Assembly (NCBI GenBank): GCA_964512695.1
Contig: CAZEJU010000001.1
Span: 71,803 to 135,802, forward strand
Length of the DNA: 64,000 nucleotides
Direction: 5' to 3'
Source: an uncultured Gammaproteobacteria bacterium
GTDB taxonomy: Bacteria; Patescibacteriota; Microgenomatia; Levybacterales; UBA12049
In this document: positions 1-9,427 of the stretch, piece by piece
Layout: every line of letters begins with the position of its first letter
Numbering within the stretch: the first letter of the stretch is position 1
The notes under the pieces: model-generated
What the model saw: only the letters and a program-made list of their open reading frames with translations
Told to the model about the DNA's origin: nothing
Database searches by the model: none
Position numbers and translations under genes: made by a program

Positions 1-9
1 CCCAAAAGC

Positions 10-1209
10 ATGATGAAAGTTCTTCTTTTAGAAAATATTCATCCAATAGCAAAAGAGTTATTGGAATCAGAAGGGTATACTGTAGAAGCTCTTAAGAGAG
101 CCCTTACGAAAGATGAACTGAAAGAGAAAATAAAAGACGTTTCTATTTTAGGTATTCGTTCAAAAACTGAAATTTCAGAAGAAATTATTCAAGAAGCACA
201 AAAACTGTTAGCCATTGGGGTTTTCGCGATAGGCACGAACCAGGTAAATCTTCAAGCATGTTCCCAAAAGGGAATTGCCGTTTTTAATGCCCCATATAGT
301 AATACAAGAAGTGTTGTGGAGCTGACTTTTGGAAGTATTATCATGCTCTACAGAAAAGCTTTTGATAAAAGCATGAAATTACATAAAGGAATTTGGGAGA
401 AGTCAGCAAAAGGGTCTCATGAGGTCCGAGGGAAAAAATTAGGCATAGTCGGTTACGGAAATATAGGATCGCAATTATCTGTGGTCGCTGAGAGTTTCGG
501 CATGGATGTTTATTTTTACAATACGAGTGAGACGCTTGCTTTAGGAAACGCAAAAGCATGCAAATCCCTGGAAGAATTATTAAGAATAGCTGATGTTGTA
601 ACAATTCATGTCGATGGAAGGAAAAGTAATAAGGACTTAATTTCGGAAAGAGAGTTTTCACTCATGAAAGATGGCGTTATCTTTCTGAACTTGAGTAGGG
701 GATTTGTAGTAGATATCGATGCGTTAGTCGCACATATTAAAAATGGCAAAATTGCTGGAGCTGCTATTGATGTATTTCCGAAAGAGCCAAAAAGTAATGA
801 TGAATCATTTTTATCTCCTTTACAAAATCTACCAAATGTCATTTTAACCCCGCATCATGGTGCAGGAACAGAGGAAGCCCAAGAGAATATAGCTCGCTTC
901 GTCCCAAGTAAACTTAAAAACTTTATCGATACAGGAAATACAACGCTGAGCGTTAATTTTCCAGAGATCCAGCTTCCAGAACTTACCGAAGCCCACCGAT
1001 TTATTCATATACATCTGAATAAGCCTGGAATCTTGGCACAAATTAACAATATTTTTGCCAGAAATAAGATTAATATAGAAGGACAATATTTAAAAACTAA
1101 TGAAGATATTGGCTACGTAATTACTGATGTTAATAAAAACTATAGTAAAAAAGTTATCAGCGAGTTAAAATCAATACCAGAGACAATAAGAGTAAGAGTA
1201 CTCTATTAA
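10..1209 (+). CDS. serA: D-3-phosphoglycerate dehydrogenase with C-terminal ACT domain
   Basis: 2-hydroxyacid dehydrogenase fold with NAD-binding GxGxxG (GIVGYGNIGSQ). C-terminal ACT-like regulatory segment. Adjacent serC. Confidence 0.85.
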   Translation: MMKVLLLENIHPIAKELLESEGYTVEALKRALTKDELKEKIKDVSILGIRSKTEISEEIIQEAQKLLAIGVFAIGTNQVNLQACSQKGIAVFNAPYSNTRSVVELTFGSIIMLYRKAFDKSMKLHKGIWEKSAKGSHEVRGKKLGIVGYGNIGSQLSVVAESFGMDVYFYNTSETLALGNAKACKSLEELLRIADVVTIHVDGRKSNKDLISEREFSLMKDGVIFLNLSRGFVVDIDALVAHIKNGKIAGAAIDVFPKEPKSNDESFLSPLQNLPNVILTPHHGAGTEEAQENIARFVPSKLKNFIDTGNTTLSVNFPEIQLPELTEAHRFIHIHLNKPGILAQINNIFARNKINIEGQYLKTNEDIGYVITDVNKNYSKKVISELKSIPETIRVRVLY

Positions 1210-1288
1210 TTAAAAGTCAAAAGGTAAAAATTAAAAGTCTTTTGCAAGTGAACTCTTAACTTTTGACTTTTGACTTTTAACTTTTAAT
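1209..1288. repeat. Intergenic hairpin element built from tandem heptamers (ttaaaagtcaaaag ... cttttgacttttgacttttaacttttaa)
   Basis: Inverted arms of ttttgac/ttttaac heptamers read directly from the sequence. Related copies at 23891-23966 and 36486-36550. Position suits a serA terminator. Confidence 0.6.
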
Positions 1289-1295
1289 TAAACCT

Positions 1296-2363
1296 ATGGT
1301 CTATTTCACGCCTGGTCCATCACAACTCTATCCGACAGTTAAAGGTCATATTCTTAAAGCTTTAGAAGACGACATTCCCTCGTTATCTCACAGAAGTGAA
1401 AAGTTTCATGAATTTGTTAAAGACTCCTATATTTCTTTGCGCAAACTACTTTCAATACCTGAAGATTACTCTATTTTTTACACAGCTTCTGCAACTGAAG
1501 CCATGGAAAGAATTATCGAAAATTGCGTAGCAAAGAAAAGTTTTCACTTCGTGAATGGTTCATTTGCAAAAAGATTTTACCAAATCGCTAAAGATTTAAA
1601 AAAAGAACCTGAAGCAAAGTTTTTCGACGTTGGAAAAGCTTTTAACTGTAGTGATGTATCGATACATAGAAACACTGAGTTGATTGCAATTACGCAAACA
1701 GAAACAAGTGGAGGAGTTTCAATACCCTTAAAAGATATATATGCACTTCGTAAACAGCATCCTCAAGCACTCATTACAATCGATATTGTTTCTTCTATAC
1801 CCTATGTGAACTTAGATTATTCAAAATTAGATTGTATTTTTTTCTCTGTACAAAAAGGCTTCGGATTACCTGCTGGTCTGGGAATTCTCATTGTAAGCCC
1901 TCGAGCTATGGATAAGGCCTTATTTCTCATGCAAAAGGGTTTTAATGTGGGAAGCTATCATAAGTTTCATACATTAAAAGAACAAGGGGACAAGTTTCAA
2001 ACTATTGAGACACCAAATGTCTTAGGCATATTTTTATTTCATAAAGTTTTACAAGATTTCTTAGAAGTAGGTATAGAAACAATCAGAAAACAAACTGAAG
2101 AAAAAGCAACGACACTCTATGATTTTTTTGATAATCATAGGACGCTTCAACCTTTTGTGTCAGAAAAAAAATATCGTTCGAAAACGGTAGTCATTATCGG
2201 AACACCTGATGGATCGAAACCTATTCTAGCTAAACTAAAAGAGCATGGATACGTCGTAGGATCAGGGTATGGAGAGATGAAAGAAAACCAAATCCGCATA
2301 GCTAACTTTCCAGCACATAGTACCAATGATATGAAACACTTACTCCAAGCTATTCCTCAATAA
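1296..2363 (+). CDS. serC: Phosphoserine aminotransferase (class V aminotransferase)
   Basis: Length 355 aa and N-terminus typical of SerC. Directly follows serA. Confidence 0.8.
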   Translation: MVYFTPGPSQLYPTVKGHILKALEDDIPSLSHRSEKFHEFVKDSYISLRKLLSIPEDYSIFYTASATEAMERIIENCVAKKSFHFVNGSFAKRFYQIAKDLKKEPEAKFFDVGKAFNCSDVSIHRNTELIAITQTETSGGVSIPLKDIYALRKQHPQALITIDIVSSIPYVNLDYSKLDCIFFSVQKGFGLPAGLGILIVSPRAMDKALFLMQKGFNVGSYHKFHTLKEQGDKFQTIETPNVLGIFLFHKVLQDFLEVGIETIRKQTEEKATTLYDFFDNHRTLQPFVSEKKYRSKTVVIIGTPDGSKPILAKLKEHGYVVGSGYGEMKENQIRIANFPAHSTNDMKHLLQAIPQ

Positions 2364-2600
2364 CTTTCATTCTCCCCTTACTTTTTCCCTGATGTCCCGT
2401 TTAAACCAGATCCAACGTGGATTATTATACGTAGCCTCCATCTTTTAATATAAGACGTGAACTGATATCATCGTCCTATAGCTTCAACCCACAACTTCCT
2501 GATCCTACGTGTACGAATAGAATATTGTTCAGTTCACAGAAGTAGGATCAAAACCTCCCTTGCAACCGAAGCTAGAATAAGGTAAAATACGATAGTAATT

Positions 2601-2679
2601 GAGAATTGAAAGTTGAGAATTGAGAAATAAGTAATACATTTCTTCATAACTCTCAACTCTCCATTCTCAACTCTCAATT
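2601..2679. repeat. Intergenic hairpin element, gagaatt/ttgagaa heptamer family
   Basis: Arms gagaattgaaagttgagaattgagaa and tctcaactctccattctcaactctcaatt are inverted repeats. This explains the spurious ORF 2534-2788. Confidence 0.65.
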
Positions 2680-2684
2680 TAAAT

Positions 2685-2876
2685 ATGCCACACGAACCAA
2701 AGAAAAGACATTCGAGAGCGCGACAAGGAAAAAGAAGAGCAAGTATTAAGCTCGAAGTTCCAACCTTAACAACGTGCAGTAACTGCAACAGTAAGGTACT
2801 ATTTCATACTGTGTGCGCAAATTGTGGTTATTACAAAGGAACTCAGGTTATAGTTAAGAAGGAAGCGGCTAAGTAA
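2685..2876 (+). CDS. rpmF: 50S ribosomal protein L32
   Basis: 63 aa, basic N-terminus (PKKRHSRARQGKRRA), CxxC...CxxC zinc ribbon (CSNCNS...CANCG). Confidence 0.85.
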   Translation: MPHEPKKRHSRARQGKRRASIKLEVPTLTTCSNCNSKVLFHTVCANCGYYKGTQVIVKKEAAK

Positions 2877-2913
2877 ACCAATTGTGTATTCTGAACTTGT
2901 TTTTCGAGAGTAA

Positions 2914-3000
2914 TAATTCAGAATGTAAAGTTCAGAATTCAGAATGAAATGTACAAATAACTATTATACATATTATTCTGAATTAATAATTCTGAATTCT
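2914..3000. repeat. Intergenic imperfect inverted repeat of ttcagaat units
   Basis: ttcagaattcagaat opposed by attctgaattaataattctgaattc. Lies between rpmF and nusB. Confidence 0.5.
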
Positions 3001-3071
3001 ACATCTGCATATCAGAACAAGCTCATCTTAATTGTTTACTTCTAGTATAGATTTAAAGTATAGTTATAGGT

Positions 3072-3431
3072 ATGAAGACATCGTCTGATCCTCGTCATAA
3101 ACGTCGCCAACATATAGTACAGGAATTATTTAAAGTCGACTTTTATACGCAGCCGATAGATACAATTGCCAAACCAATTATAGAAAATAAACAACTGATT
3201 GATGAAAGAATCCAACAAGCTGCTCCTGAGTTTCCAATAGAAAAAATTAATAAAATAGATTTAGCAATATTACGTTTAGCTGTATTTGAATTACTAATAG
3301 AAAAAAAAGAACCTGCAAACGTTATTATTGATGAAGCTATAGAACTAGCAAAAGAATTTTCAGGCGATACAAGTCCAGCGTTTGTCAATGGGGCACTTGG
3401 AAATATAATACAACATGATAAATCTTCCTAA
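3072..3431 (+). CDS. nusB: Transcription antitermination factor NusB
   Basis: NusB-like helical protein. C-terminal motif AFVNGALGNI. Confidence 0.75.
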   Translation: MKTSSDPRHKRRQHIVQELFKVDFYTQPIDTIAKPIIENKQLIDERIQQAAPEFPIEKINKIDLAILRLAVFELLIEKKEPANVIIDEAIELAKEFSGDTSPAFVNGALGNIIQHDKSS

Positions 3432-4077
3432 TTTCAATAATAAAGATCTCTTACGGCAGGCGTTTATACACCGCTCATATCTTAATGAAACAAGAGAAAA
3501 ATTATCATCGAATGAACGTCTTGAATTTTTAGGAGATAGTATTTTATCATTTGTAACTTCTGAGCATCTTTATAAAACGTATCCTCAGTTTAACGAAGGC
3601 TTATTAACAAATATTCGTTCTCTTGTGGTTAACACAAAGAGTCTAGCAAATATAGCGAAAGAATATGACTTTGGAAAAAACTTAATGCTTTCACGTGGTG
3701 AGGAAGAATCTAAGGGTAGAGAAAATGAATCTTTACTAGCAAATTCTGTAGAAGCATTCATCGGAGCATTGTATTTAGACCAAGGAATTGACCCCGTCAG
3801 ACAATTTATACTTGGTATTTTAGTGCCTAAGATAGAAGCTATTGTCCAAAAGAAAGCGTTTAAAGATCCAAAAAGTATGCTCCAGGAATATGTCCAGGCA
3901 CAAAAGCAAAATTCCCCTGTCTATAAAGTGCTTTTGGAGGATGGCCCACCTCATGCAAGAACTTTCACGATCGGAGTATTCATTCAGGATAAACAACTCG
4001 GCCAAGGAACAGGTAAATCCAAACAAGAAGCAGAAGAAAATGCTGCAAAACAAGCACTTGAACAGATTGATAAATAA
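3415..4077 (+). CDS. rnc: Ribonuclease III
   Basis: RNase III signature ERLEFLGDSIL. C-terminal dsRBD. Overlaps nusB by 17 nt. Confidence 0.9.
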   Translation: MINLPNFNNKDLLRQAFIHRSYLNETREKLSSNERLEFLGDSILSFVTSEHLYKTYPQFNEGLLTNIRSLVVNTKSLANIAKEYDFGKNLMLSRGEEESKGRENESLLANSVEAFIGALYLDQGIDPVRQFILGILVPKIEAIVQKKAFKDPKSMLQEYVQAQKQNSPVYKVLLEDGPPHARTFTIGVFIQDKQLGQGTGKSKQEAEENAAKQALEQIDK

Positions 4078-4105
4078 GCACTCTGTCGGGCAACTAAAGT
4101 GAGCC

Positions 4106-4134
4106 TTGAGAAAATAGTCTAATTTTGTTAAAAT
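4106..4134 (+). promoter_or_regulatory. Sigma70-like promoter candidate for rpsP operon (TTGAGA-17-TAAAAT)
   Basis: -35 ttgaga at 4106-4111 and -10 taaaat at 4129-4134, with 17-nt spacer, just upstream of rpsP. Confidence 0.4.
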
Positions 4135-4141
4135 ACAACCT

Positions 4142-4375
4142 ATGGCACTTGTAATACGATCCATGAGAATGGGTAAAAAAGGAGAAAGAAAATTTCGCGT
4201 TGTTGTGAAAGAGAAAAGAAGCCGACGCGATGGAGATTTTGTGGAACTTTTAGGTTGGTATGAAAAAGGAAAACCTGCATATAAAAAAGAAATTAATATG
4301 GATAGGTATAATTACTGGGTTTCCAAAGGAGCATTACCAAGCGACACGGTTAGAAAACTGACTTCATCCGCATAA
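4142..4375 (+). CDS. rpsP: 30S ribosomal protein S16
   Basis: KFRVVVKEKRSRRDGDFVELLGWY matches the S16 core. Confidence 0.85.
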   Translation: MALVIRSMRMGKKGERKFRVVVKEKRSRRDGDFVELLGWYEKGKPAYKKEINMDRYNYWVSKGALPSDTVRKLTSSA

Positions 4376-4391
4376 ATCAGCTTTCAAAACA

Positions 4392-4658
4392 GTGTTTATC
4401 AATTACATGAAGGATACACTACAATTTATTATTACCTCTATAGTTCAGCATCCAGAAGCAGTGAGTATTACCGAAGAAGAAATAGACGGTGTTATAACGT
4501 TTACAATTTCCTCCGATCCGACTGACATAGGTAAGATAATCGGCAAAGAAGGAAAAATCATAAGGGCAATCCGAAACGCCATGAAGATTCCTGCTATTAA
4601 AGAAGGAAAAAGAATTAATATCAGCCTCGCAGAGACAGCTCAGACAACCGCACAATGA
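4392..4658 (+). CDS. KH-domain RNA-binding protein (KhpA/YlqC-like)
   Basis: GKIIGKEGKIIRAIR KH motif. Conserved position between rpsP and trmD. Confidence 0.6.
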   Translation: MFINYMKDTLQFIITSIVQHPEAVSITEEEIDGVITFTISSDPTDIGKIIGKEGKIIRAIRNAMKIPAIKEGKRINISLAETAQTTAQ

Positions 4659-4723
4659 TCGTCTCATTTCGAATAATATGAGCATCTACTCAGGATCTCA
4701 CTATGTTCGAGTTGACAAAATAT

Positions 4724-5434
4724 ATGAAAATAACGATTCTCACACTTTTCCCAGAAATGTTTGCAGGCCCATTTGACCATTCAATTATTAAAAGGGCACA
4801 AGAAAAAAAGCTTGTATCTATTGAATTCTGTAATATCCGGGATTTCGGCATAGGAAAACACAAACTTGTAGATGATACGCCATATGGTGGGGGAATCGGC
4901 ATGGTAATGCGTGCGGATGTTATCGCAAATGCTATTCAACATGTTAAAAAAACTTTCACGCAAACACATCCTGACGGAAAACAATACATCATTCTCATGA
5001 GCGCACGGGGTAAGACCTTTACTCAACAAATGGCTCAAGAATACACGCGTTACGACCATATCATTATTATTTGTGGACACTATGAAGGAGTGGATGAAAG
5101 AATTATTCACTTTATTGATGCGGAGATATCAATAGGTGATTTTATACTAACAGGCGGAGAACTTCCTAGCATGCTTATTACAGACGCTGTAGTGCGTTTA
5201 TTACCGGGAGTTTTAAAAAAAGGTGCTACAGAACATGAATCTTTTACTTATAACGTTGATAATCAAGAAATACTCGAATTTCCTCAATATACGAAACCTT
5301 CTACCTTCGATTCATATGACGTACCACCGGTACTTCTCTCAGGTAACCATAAAGTAATAGAGGAGTGGAGGAAAAAACAAGCAACAGCTCATACAAAAAA
5401 AAATAGAAGTGATTTAATAGAAAAAAATACATGA
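4724..5434 (+). CDS. trmD: tRNA (guanine37-N1)-methyltransferase
   Basis: MKITILTLFPEMF N-terminus and the SPOUT core. ORF start trimmed to the conserved Met. Confidence 0.85.
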   Translation: MKITILTLFPEMFAGPFDHSIIKRAQEKKLVSIEFCNIRDFGIGKHKLVDDTPYGGGIGMVMRADVIANAIQHVKKTFTQTHPDGKQYIILMSARGKTFTQQMAQEYTRYDHIIIICGHYEGVDERIIHFIDAEISIGDFILTGGELPSMLITDAVVRLLPGVLKKGATEHESFTYNVDNQEILEFPQYTKPSTFDSYDVPPVLLSGNHKVIEEWRKKQATAHTKKNRSDLIEKNT

Positions 5435-6115
5435 CTACTCAGTTGAAGCAGACCATACACGAAGTGTATTAAGAAGTTCTTTATCTTGCTGATTTAACTG
5501 TGTTAATGATACTGAATCAATTATCTTCAAGTCTGGAAATTCCTTAATGTAGAATGTTAATGATATAACAGCTTTCCCAGCAGAATACTCTATACTTTCT
5601 AATTTCGCTATAGGCAACTTCGTTTCAGACTCTTTAATAAAAGCATTAATATCATCTATAGTGCCATCTACACCAAATTTTATAGTTATTGGTGATACTT
5701 TTACAGTAGAAGGACTGCCGTCTTTGGATACCTCACCTATAGAAAATGTATAATCATCAATTCCTATTCTGCTAGTTAAAGCCATTTTTCCAATCGCTTG
5801 AAGTATTCCTATAAAATCTCTCTCATGAGGTAAAGCTTTCGTGGCAACTGAATACTCTTCATTTATTTGAACGTTATTCATATTACGTAGCAATCGACTA
5901 TTTTCTTGCATAACAGTAATGCGATCTTGGGTTTCCCGAATTTCGTTCTGGATAGAAAACCAATTTTGGAAATGAGGTAAAACAAAAAAGCCGAATAACA
6001 ATAAGCTAATCAATATAATAAAAGCAGGAGCAACTATCGGGTAATACGATGAATAACGAAATTGATTAAAAGCTAAACTTAGATTTCTGATGATGTAACG
6101 TAACTCATTATTCAT
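5435..6115 (-). CDS. pilO: Type IV pilus assembly protein PilO-like
   Basis: Single N-terminal TM helix followed by a coiled region. Last gene of the pilMNO set. Confidence 0.55.
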   Translation of the reverse strand: MNNELRYIIRNLSLAFNQFRYSSYYPIVAPAFIILISLLLFGFFVLPHFQNWFSIQNEIRETQDRITVMQENSRLLRNMNNVQINEEYSVATKALPHERDFIGILQAIGKMALTSRIGIDDYTFSIGEVSKDGSPSTVKVSPITIKFGVDGTIDDINAFIKESETKLPIAKLESIEYSAGKAVISLTFYIKEFPDLKIIDSVSLTQLNQQDKELLNTLRVWSASTE

Positions 6116-6648
6116 ACTTGATTAAACTCCATAACCATTGCGTAACGCTGTAATTCTCCTTCAAAGTAAATATTGTTAAGGATTATAGACCGAAACTTTT
6201 TATCTGTAACATTACTCTGTAGAATCGATGCCATAAAACTATCAAGCTGTTCTAATGAAACACTGGAAAGTTTAACGGTTATTTGCTTACCTCTAATTTT
6301 GACAGAATCTATAACAACGTTTCCTGGAATTCTGTTTTGGAAAGACTGAATAATATCTGCATATAGTGGACGTTCTTTTATCAAAGTATCTATTTGGACT
6401 AAACGTTCTTTTGTTAAGATCATTTTTCCCATTGTAGCGTGATGAACCTTAAGTTTTTCTACTTCTTCCTTTTCTCTTTGCTGTAGCGCTGGAAGCGGAG
6501 ATAGAGCTATAAGTATAAACAATATAATGGAAAAAAAAGAGACGATAAACAGACAACTAAAAGCAACAATACGAAAAAAAAGTGTGTTTTTTGATAATGG
6601 AACTTGCTCTGTTTGATTGTTTTGTAATAAATTAATGTTCTCTCTCAT
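6112..6648 (-). CDS. pilN: Type IV pilus assembly protein PilN-like
   Basis: Short cytoplasmic N-terminus, one TM helix, periplasmic domain. 4-nt overlap with pilM and pilO. Confidence 0.55.
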   Translation of the reverse strand: MRENINLLQNNQTEQVPLSKNTLFFRIVAFSCLFIVSFFSIILFILIALSPLPALQQREKEEVEKLKVHHATMGKMILTKERLVQIDTLIKERPLYADIIQSFQNRIPGNVVIDSVKIRGKQITVKLSSVSLEQLDSFMASILQSNVTDKKFRSIILNNIYFEGELQRYAMVMEFNQV

Positions 6649-7670
6649 ATATCTTTGATTGCTAACCCAATACCGATACTATATTCAGGCCCGTGTTCGG
6701 TAAGCGGTGGTGGAACATCTTTTATATGTAACGTTTTCCATGGATTAGCAACTACAGTTTCAATGCCTGTCTGCTGTACGAAAACTGGAATAATACCTGG
6801 TAGCTTTGCAGTTCCACCCGTTAGTATTATCTGTTTTATAGGATGATCATCTTTATATTTATCCAGATAGTAAGAAATAGCTTTTTTAATCTCTCCGATC
6901 AATGAAAGTAAAATAGGCTCAATAGCAACCCGAATTTTCCCGCCAAAGTTTTTCTCTTCGAGACCATATGTTTTTTTATATTCTTCCGCCTGTTCAGCAT
7001 TAAATGAAAATTCATTGGCAATACTCCTATTCATAGCGATACCTCCCAAAGGTACAGAGTAAAGAAAGACAAGCACACCTTTTTGGACAATAGCCAATGA
7101 TGAACCCAAACCACCTATATTTACTACAAGTGATGTGGGAAATTGATCTGAAACATCGAGCGAACGAATAACAGAAAGCATTTCAGGTTCTACGCTACCA
7201 ATATTTATGCCTGCTAACTCCATAATTTTTTGGTACTTTGAAAGAAGACTTATCGTCGCTCCTACTAATAAAACCTGCATTTTTGATTTATTATCATAGA
7301 ATACACCCCTACGTAACACATGCCAATCAATATTAATTGTAGAGAGGGGAACAGGTATGTGCTGTTCAGCCTCCCAGTAAATTGCGCTTGCAAGTTCTTT
7401 ATCTGAAAGAAAAGGCATGTCAATTACTTTTGCAAAAACTTGATTATCCGGAATAGAAAGATGAGCAGTGCGGGACTGTATTTTACCATCAAGAATCATT
7501 TTTCGAATCGACTGAGCTATTTCCTCTTGATCTAAAAAGGCATCTGACTGAATGCCATTTGCAGGAGTTTTAGCAATAATTGAAGATTTAAATAATACAT
7601 CATTACCTCTCCTCTCAAGGTAGACTGCCTTCATTGTTGAGTAACCTATATCTAACCCGAATGTATTCAT
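6645..7670 (-). CDS. pilM: Type IV pilus assembly ATPase-like protein PilM (actin fold)
   Basis: N-terminal GLDIGYSTMK actin-like phosphate-1 motif. 341 aa. Confidence 0.7.
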   Translation of the reverse strand: MNTFGLDIGYSTMKAVYLERRGNDVLFKSSIIAKTPANGIQSDAFLDQEEIAQSIRKMILDGKIQSRTAHLSIPDNQVFAKVIDMPFLSDKELASAIYWEAEQHIPVPLSTINIDWHVLRRGVFYDNKSKMQVLLVGATISLLSKYQKIMELAGINIGSVEPEMLSVIRSLDVSDQFPTSLVVNIGGLGSSLAIVQKGVLVFLYSVPLGGIAMNRSIANEFSFNAEQAEEYKKTYGLEEKNFGGKIRVAIEPILLSLIGEIKKAISYYLDKYKDDHPIKQIILTGGTAKLPGIIPVFVQQTGIETVVANPWKTLHIKDVPPPLTEHGPEYSIGIGLAIKDI

Positions 7671-7765
7671 AAAAAGAATTTAAAAAGAAATAGATAATAT
7701 GCAAAGTGTTAATTATTTGATGGTAAATCAATTTCTCAAATCCAACTTCCCATTCTTAAGTCCAG

Positions 7766-8620
7766 TTATCTTGGTAAAAAAAGTGTATAGTTAAAAACTT
7801 CAGCTGGTAAGAGCGGATGTTCTTGTAAAACTGATACTTTTCTTTTTACTTCTCCTGCAGTTCCAGTTGACTCAATAACCGTTCCTTGAGGGGGAAGTGC
7901 AGGACTACTTTGTATACCCAAGTAACTATTAGCGTATAAAGGAATTACCCGGGCTATTAAACCAGTACCCGCTGGTATAGAGATTGTAACGTTATATGCG
8001 AATGATTTGCCAGCAGCTGTACCTCCTAACTGTGGCGCGGAAAAATTATTACTATTCCTTCTTACATCGCAGGGATCATACGCATATCGAGCGGATGACG
8101 GATTATTCCGAGTACCGGTAAAAACAATCAATTCGATTGCTGCCATGCTATTTCCTCCTCCAGATGACGTTCCTTCTACTGGAGAACAGGTATCTGTAGA
8201 TGACCCCCAAAATAATGTCAGAGTTCCTCCCCATGGATTAGTGTAAAGCTGACTTGTATTTGAAGAATATTCAGAAAGCCAAATATCAGCTCCTTCATCT
8301 TTAAATACTAACTTTCCATTATTCAGAAGAAACTCTGTGCCACTTAACTGGCGCTTGGAGGTTGAGAAAGAAGTATTATTAGAAAAAGTACCATTCGGAA
8401 TTTCCTGGTTAGCTATAATAGTTTGTTCTATACCTGCTTCAGCTGCTGATAATGCTTTTTGAGATTGATCTTCTTCAGTTGTCAATTTTACATTAACAAT
8501 ACTCCGCGTAAAAAGAGAAAGTGAAACTGTTAACACAACAGTTATAATTAAGACAACGACGAGAAGTACTTGCCCTCTTTCGTAAACTTCTAATTCTTTT
8601 TTATTACATTTTATATTCAT
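7766..8620 (-). CDS. PilX-like minor pilus protein
   Basis: ERGQVLLVVVLIITVVLTVSL plus QSQKALSAAEAGIE resembles the PilX N-terminal domain. Start trimmed to an internal Met. Confidence 0.5.
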   Translation of the reverse strand: MNIKCNKKELEVYERGQVLLVVVLIITVVLTVSLSLFTRSIVNVKLTTEEDQSQKALSAAEAGIEQTIIANQEIPNGTFSNNTSFSTSKRQLSGTEFLLNNGKLVFKDEGADIWLSEYSSNTSQLYTNPWGGTLTLFWGSSTDTCSPVEGTSSGGGNSMAAIELIVFTGTRNNPSSARYAYDPCDVRRNSNNFSAPQLGGTAAGKSFAYNVTISIPAGTGLIARVIPLYANSYLGIQSSPALPPQGTVIESTGTAGEVKRKVSVLQEHPLLPAEVFNYTLFLPR

Positions 8621-8663
8621 CTCTCTTATGGTAACAATCATCTAATATATATGTCAACGTTTG

Positions 8664-9242
8664 CTACTTCGCATTTCTCATAGTCACCGAAGATTGAAAA
8701 ATAACCGAAGAAGGGTCATCCAGAAAAGATGTCTTCACTATTTTATCTATAGTAAAACTCACACCAATAGTATAAGGATTATCCGAAGCTGACTGGGTAC
8801 ATGTAAATGTGCAAGCAGTCATCTGATATGTAGTGTTATCAATAAGCGAAGCGCTATTCGAAGCAACTGTTTGAGGATTACCACCGCATGAAAAAGTTGT
8901 CTGACCACCGTCAAGTGCAGTAAATCTAACATATCTATATGTGGTTAGGGAACTTGATGATGGAAGTTGACAAACTTTCGTATACGTAACATTATCGTTA
9001 CTGACACCATCAAATAATTCCGCGTACTGTAGCATTTTTGTCATCTGCGTTATCGCGTAATTACCATTTTGTTTTATAGTTTCTAAATTATTTATTTTCT
9101 TAACACTTCTAAGTGAAATAAAAAAAACAGCGGCAATGGTAGAAGTGACTGTGGCAAGTACCACTAAAGAAATAAGTAATTCAACCAAGGTGAAACCTTT
9201 CTGAATTGAGAATGGAGAATTGAGAATGGAGAATTTTTTCAT
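8664..9242 (-). CDS. Type IV prepilin-like protein (minor pilin)
   Basis: KGFTLVELLISLVVLA prepilin cleavage/methylation motif. Unusually long 16-aa leader whose codons lie in a heptamer-repeat arm. Confidence 0.7.
   Translation of the reverse strand: MKKFSILNSPFSIQKGFTLVELLISLVVLATVTSTIAAVFFISLRSVKKINNLETIKQNGNYAITQMTKMLQYAELFDGVSNDNVTYTKVCQLPSSSSLTTYRYVRFTALDGGQTTFSCGGNPQTVASNSASLIDNTTYQMTACTFTCTQSASDNPYTIGVSFTIDKIVKTSFLDDPSSVIFQSSVTMRNAK
9203..9236. repeat. Half-copy of gagaatt heptamer element inside pilin 5' end
   Basis: tgaattgagaatggagaattgagaatggagaatt. Translates to FSILNSPFSIQ in the pilin leader. Confidence 0.55.
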
Positions 9243-9427
9243 TTATTTTTCTTTTTTGCTGATTTAATACTAAGAACAAGAATCGAAATAATTTCATCAC
9301 ATTCTTTCATCTCAGATATACCATCCTTAACAGGTAATAAGTTAGAGTCTGTGATTATTTGTAACCAATATAAAGTTTCTTTTGCTTCTCTAAGAGCAAT
9401 GCTCAATTTATATTCCTCCATCACCAT
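9239..9427 (-). pseudogene. Four-helix-bundle protein fragment (23S rRNA intervening-sequence protein family), C-terminal half only
   Basis: KLSIALREAKETLYWLQII matches helices 3-4 of the family. N-terminal half is absent and the ORF overlaps the upstream pilin 3' end. Confidence 0.45.

Noticed and set aside
341-1086. Three minus-strand ORFs (341-661, 606-842, 844-1086) inside serA
   Set aside because: They are antisense to a well-supported serA reading frame, have no motifs and a low-complexity composition. They are shadow ORFs.
2534-2788. Minus-strand 84-aa ORF overlapping rpmF, and its look-alike at 14719-14916
   Set aside because: Both are translations of the gagaatt heptamer hairpin arms (FSILNFQxSI). 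The similarity is at the DNA-repeat level, not a protein family.
3820-4164. Minus-strand 114-aa ORF and plus 86-aa ORF (3842-4102) overlapping rnc
   Set aside because: They overlap the strongly supported RNase III frame and have no motifs. They are shadow ORFs.
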